In this document: piece after piece, positions 63,460 through 64,000 of the stretch
How positions within the stretch are numbered: the stretch's first letter is position 1
Layout: each line of letters starts with the position of its first letter
Assembly (NCBI RefSeq): GCF_009914755.1
Contig: NC_060943.1
Direction: 5' to 3' (one strand)
Origin: the human T2T-CHM13v2.0 reference genome, Homo sapiens
DNA: 64,000 bases
Position numbers and translations under genes: made by a program
Notes under the pieces: model-generated
What the model was told of the DNA's origin: nothing
What the model saw: only the letters and a program-made list of their open reading frames with translations
Databases searched by the model: none

Positions 63460-64000
63460 CTACACTTCCTCTTTAAAGCACTTTGCCTCTTTCATTTCCT
63501 AGCCTGGAGAAAATGTACTTCTGTGGTCACTAAGAAAACACCTTCACAATCAGGCAAAAATGTCCCCAGAAAATGCTGGCTTGGGCTGCTGAGGAAATGC
63601 ACAATCAAATCAGGCCACACAACGTTTCAGAGACCCTGAGGCAGGGACTCCATGTCCCAGCTATGTTTGTCACACACCAGTAGGCAGCCTCTACCCAGGG
63701 GTGGAAGATTCTAGACCCAGCTATAGGCTCTGGCAACCAGGGCAGGCAGCTCCTTCCAGGAACCGGTTTCTGTGGTTTTCTTTGGTCACTTCCATTAAGT
63801 CTTAAACACCCCCTGGAAGAAAATGAAAGTGTGACGTTGAGGAACGTGAGATCAGATGGTGGAGTAGTTTTCTAGAGCCACCATAACAAAGCACCACAGA
63901 CCAGGGTCTTAAACAATGGAAACTTATTTCTTCACAGTTCTCAAGAATGGAAGTTCACGATCAAGTTATGGCCAAGGTTGGTTTCCCCTGATGCCTCTCT

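Overview
Human genomic DNA, recognisable as the 19q13.43 zinc-finger cluster, with dense Alu, L1, L2 and MaLR repeats. It holds three protein-coding genes. (1) The 3' part of ZNF71 (+): a KRAB-A exon at 1909-2035 splices in phase 1 to a 13-finger exon at 9364-10853. (2) SMIM17 (+): CpG-island promoter near 31 kb and three coding exons giving a 118-aa protein with a C-terminal hydrophobic segment. (3) ZNF835 (-): 14 fingers, 537 aa, no KRAB exon found, promoter near 59.9 kb. The most notable observations are: the SMIM17 transmembrane exon and its splice acceptor are the antisense strand of an ancient L1 ORF2 reverse-transcriptase segment; a tandem array of REST/NRSF RE1 sites lies about 4.8 kb upstream of SMIM17; an intron-containing pre-tRNA-Arg(TCT) half is retroposed without a tail and with a 14-bp TSD; a 40-bp LTR-derived VNTR carrying 16 POU-type octamer variants and an E2-box-rich 78-bp repeat sit in ZNF835 intron 1; a 62-bp inverted repeat flanks an AT-rich spacer; there is an orphan CpG island and a retroposed 3'UTR-like insert. 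Gene names and repeat subfamilies are from recall and alignment by eye; no database search was run.
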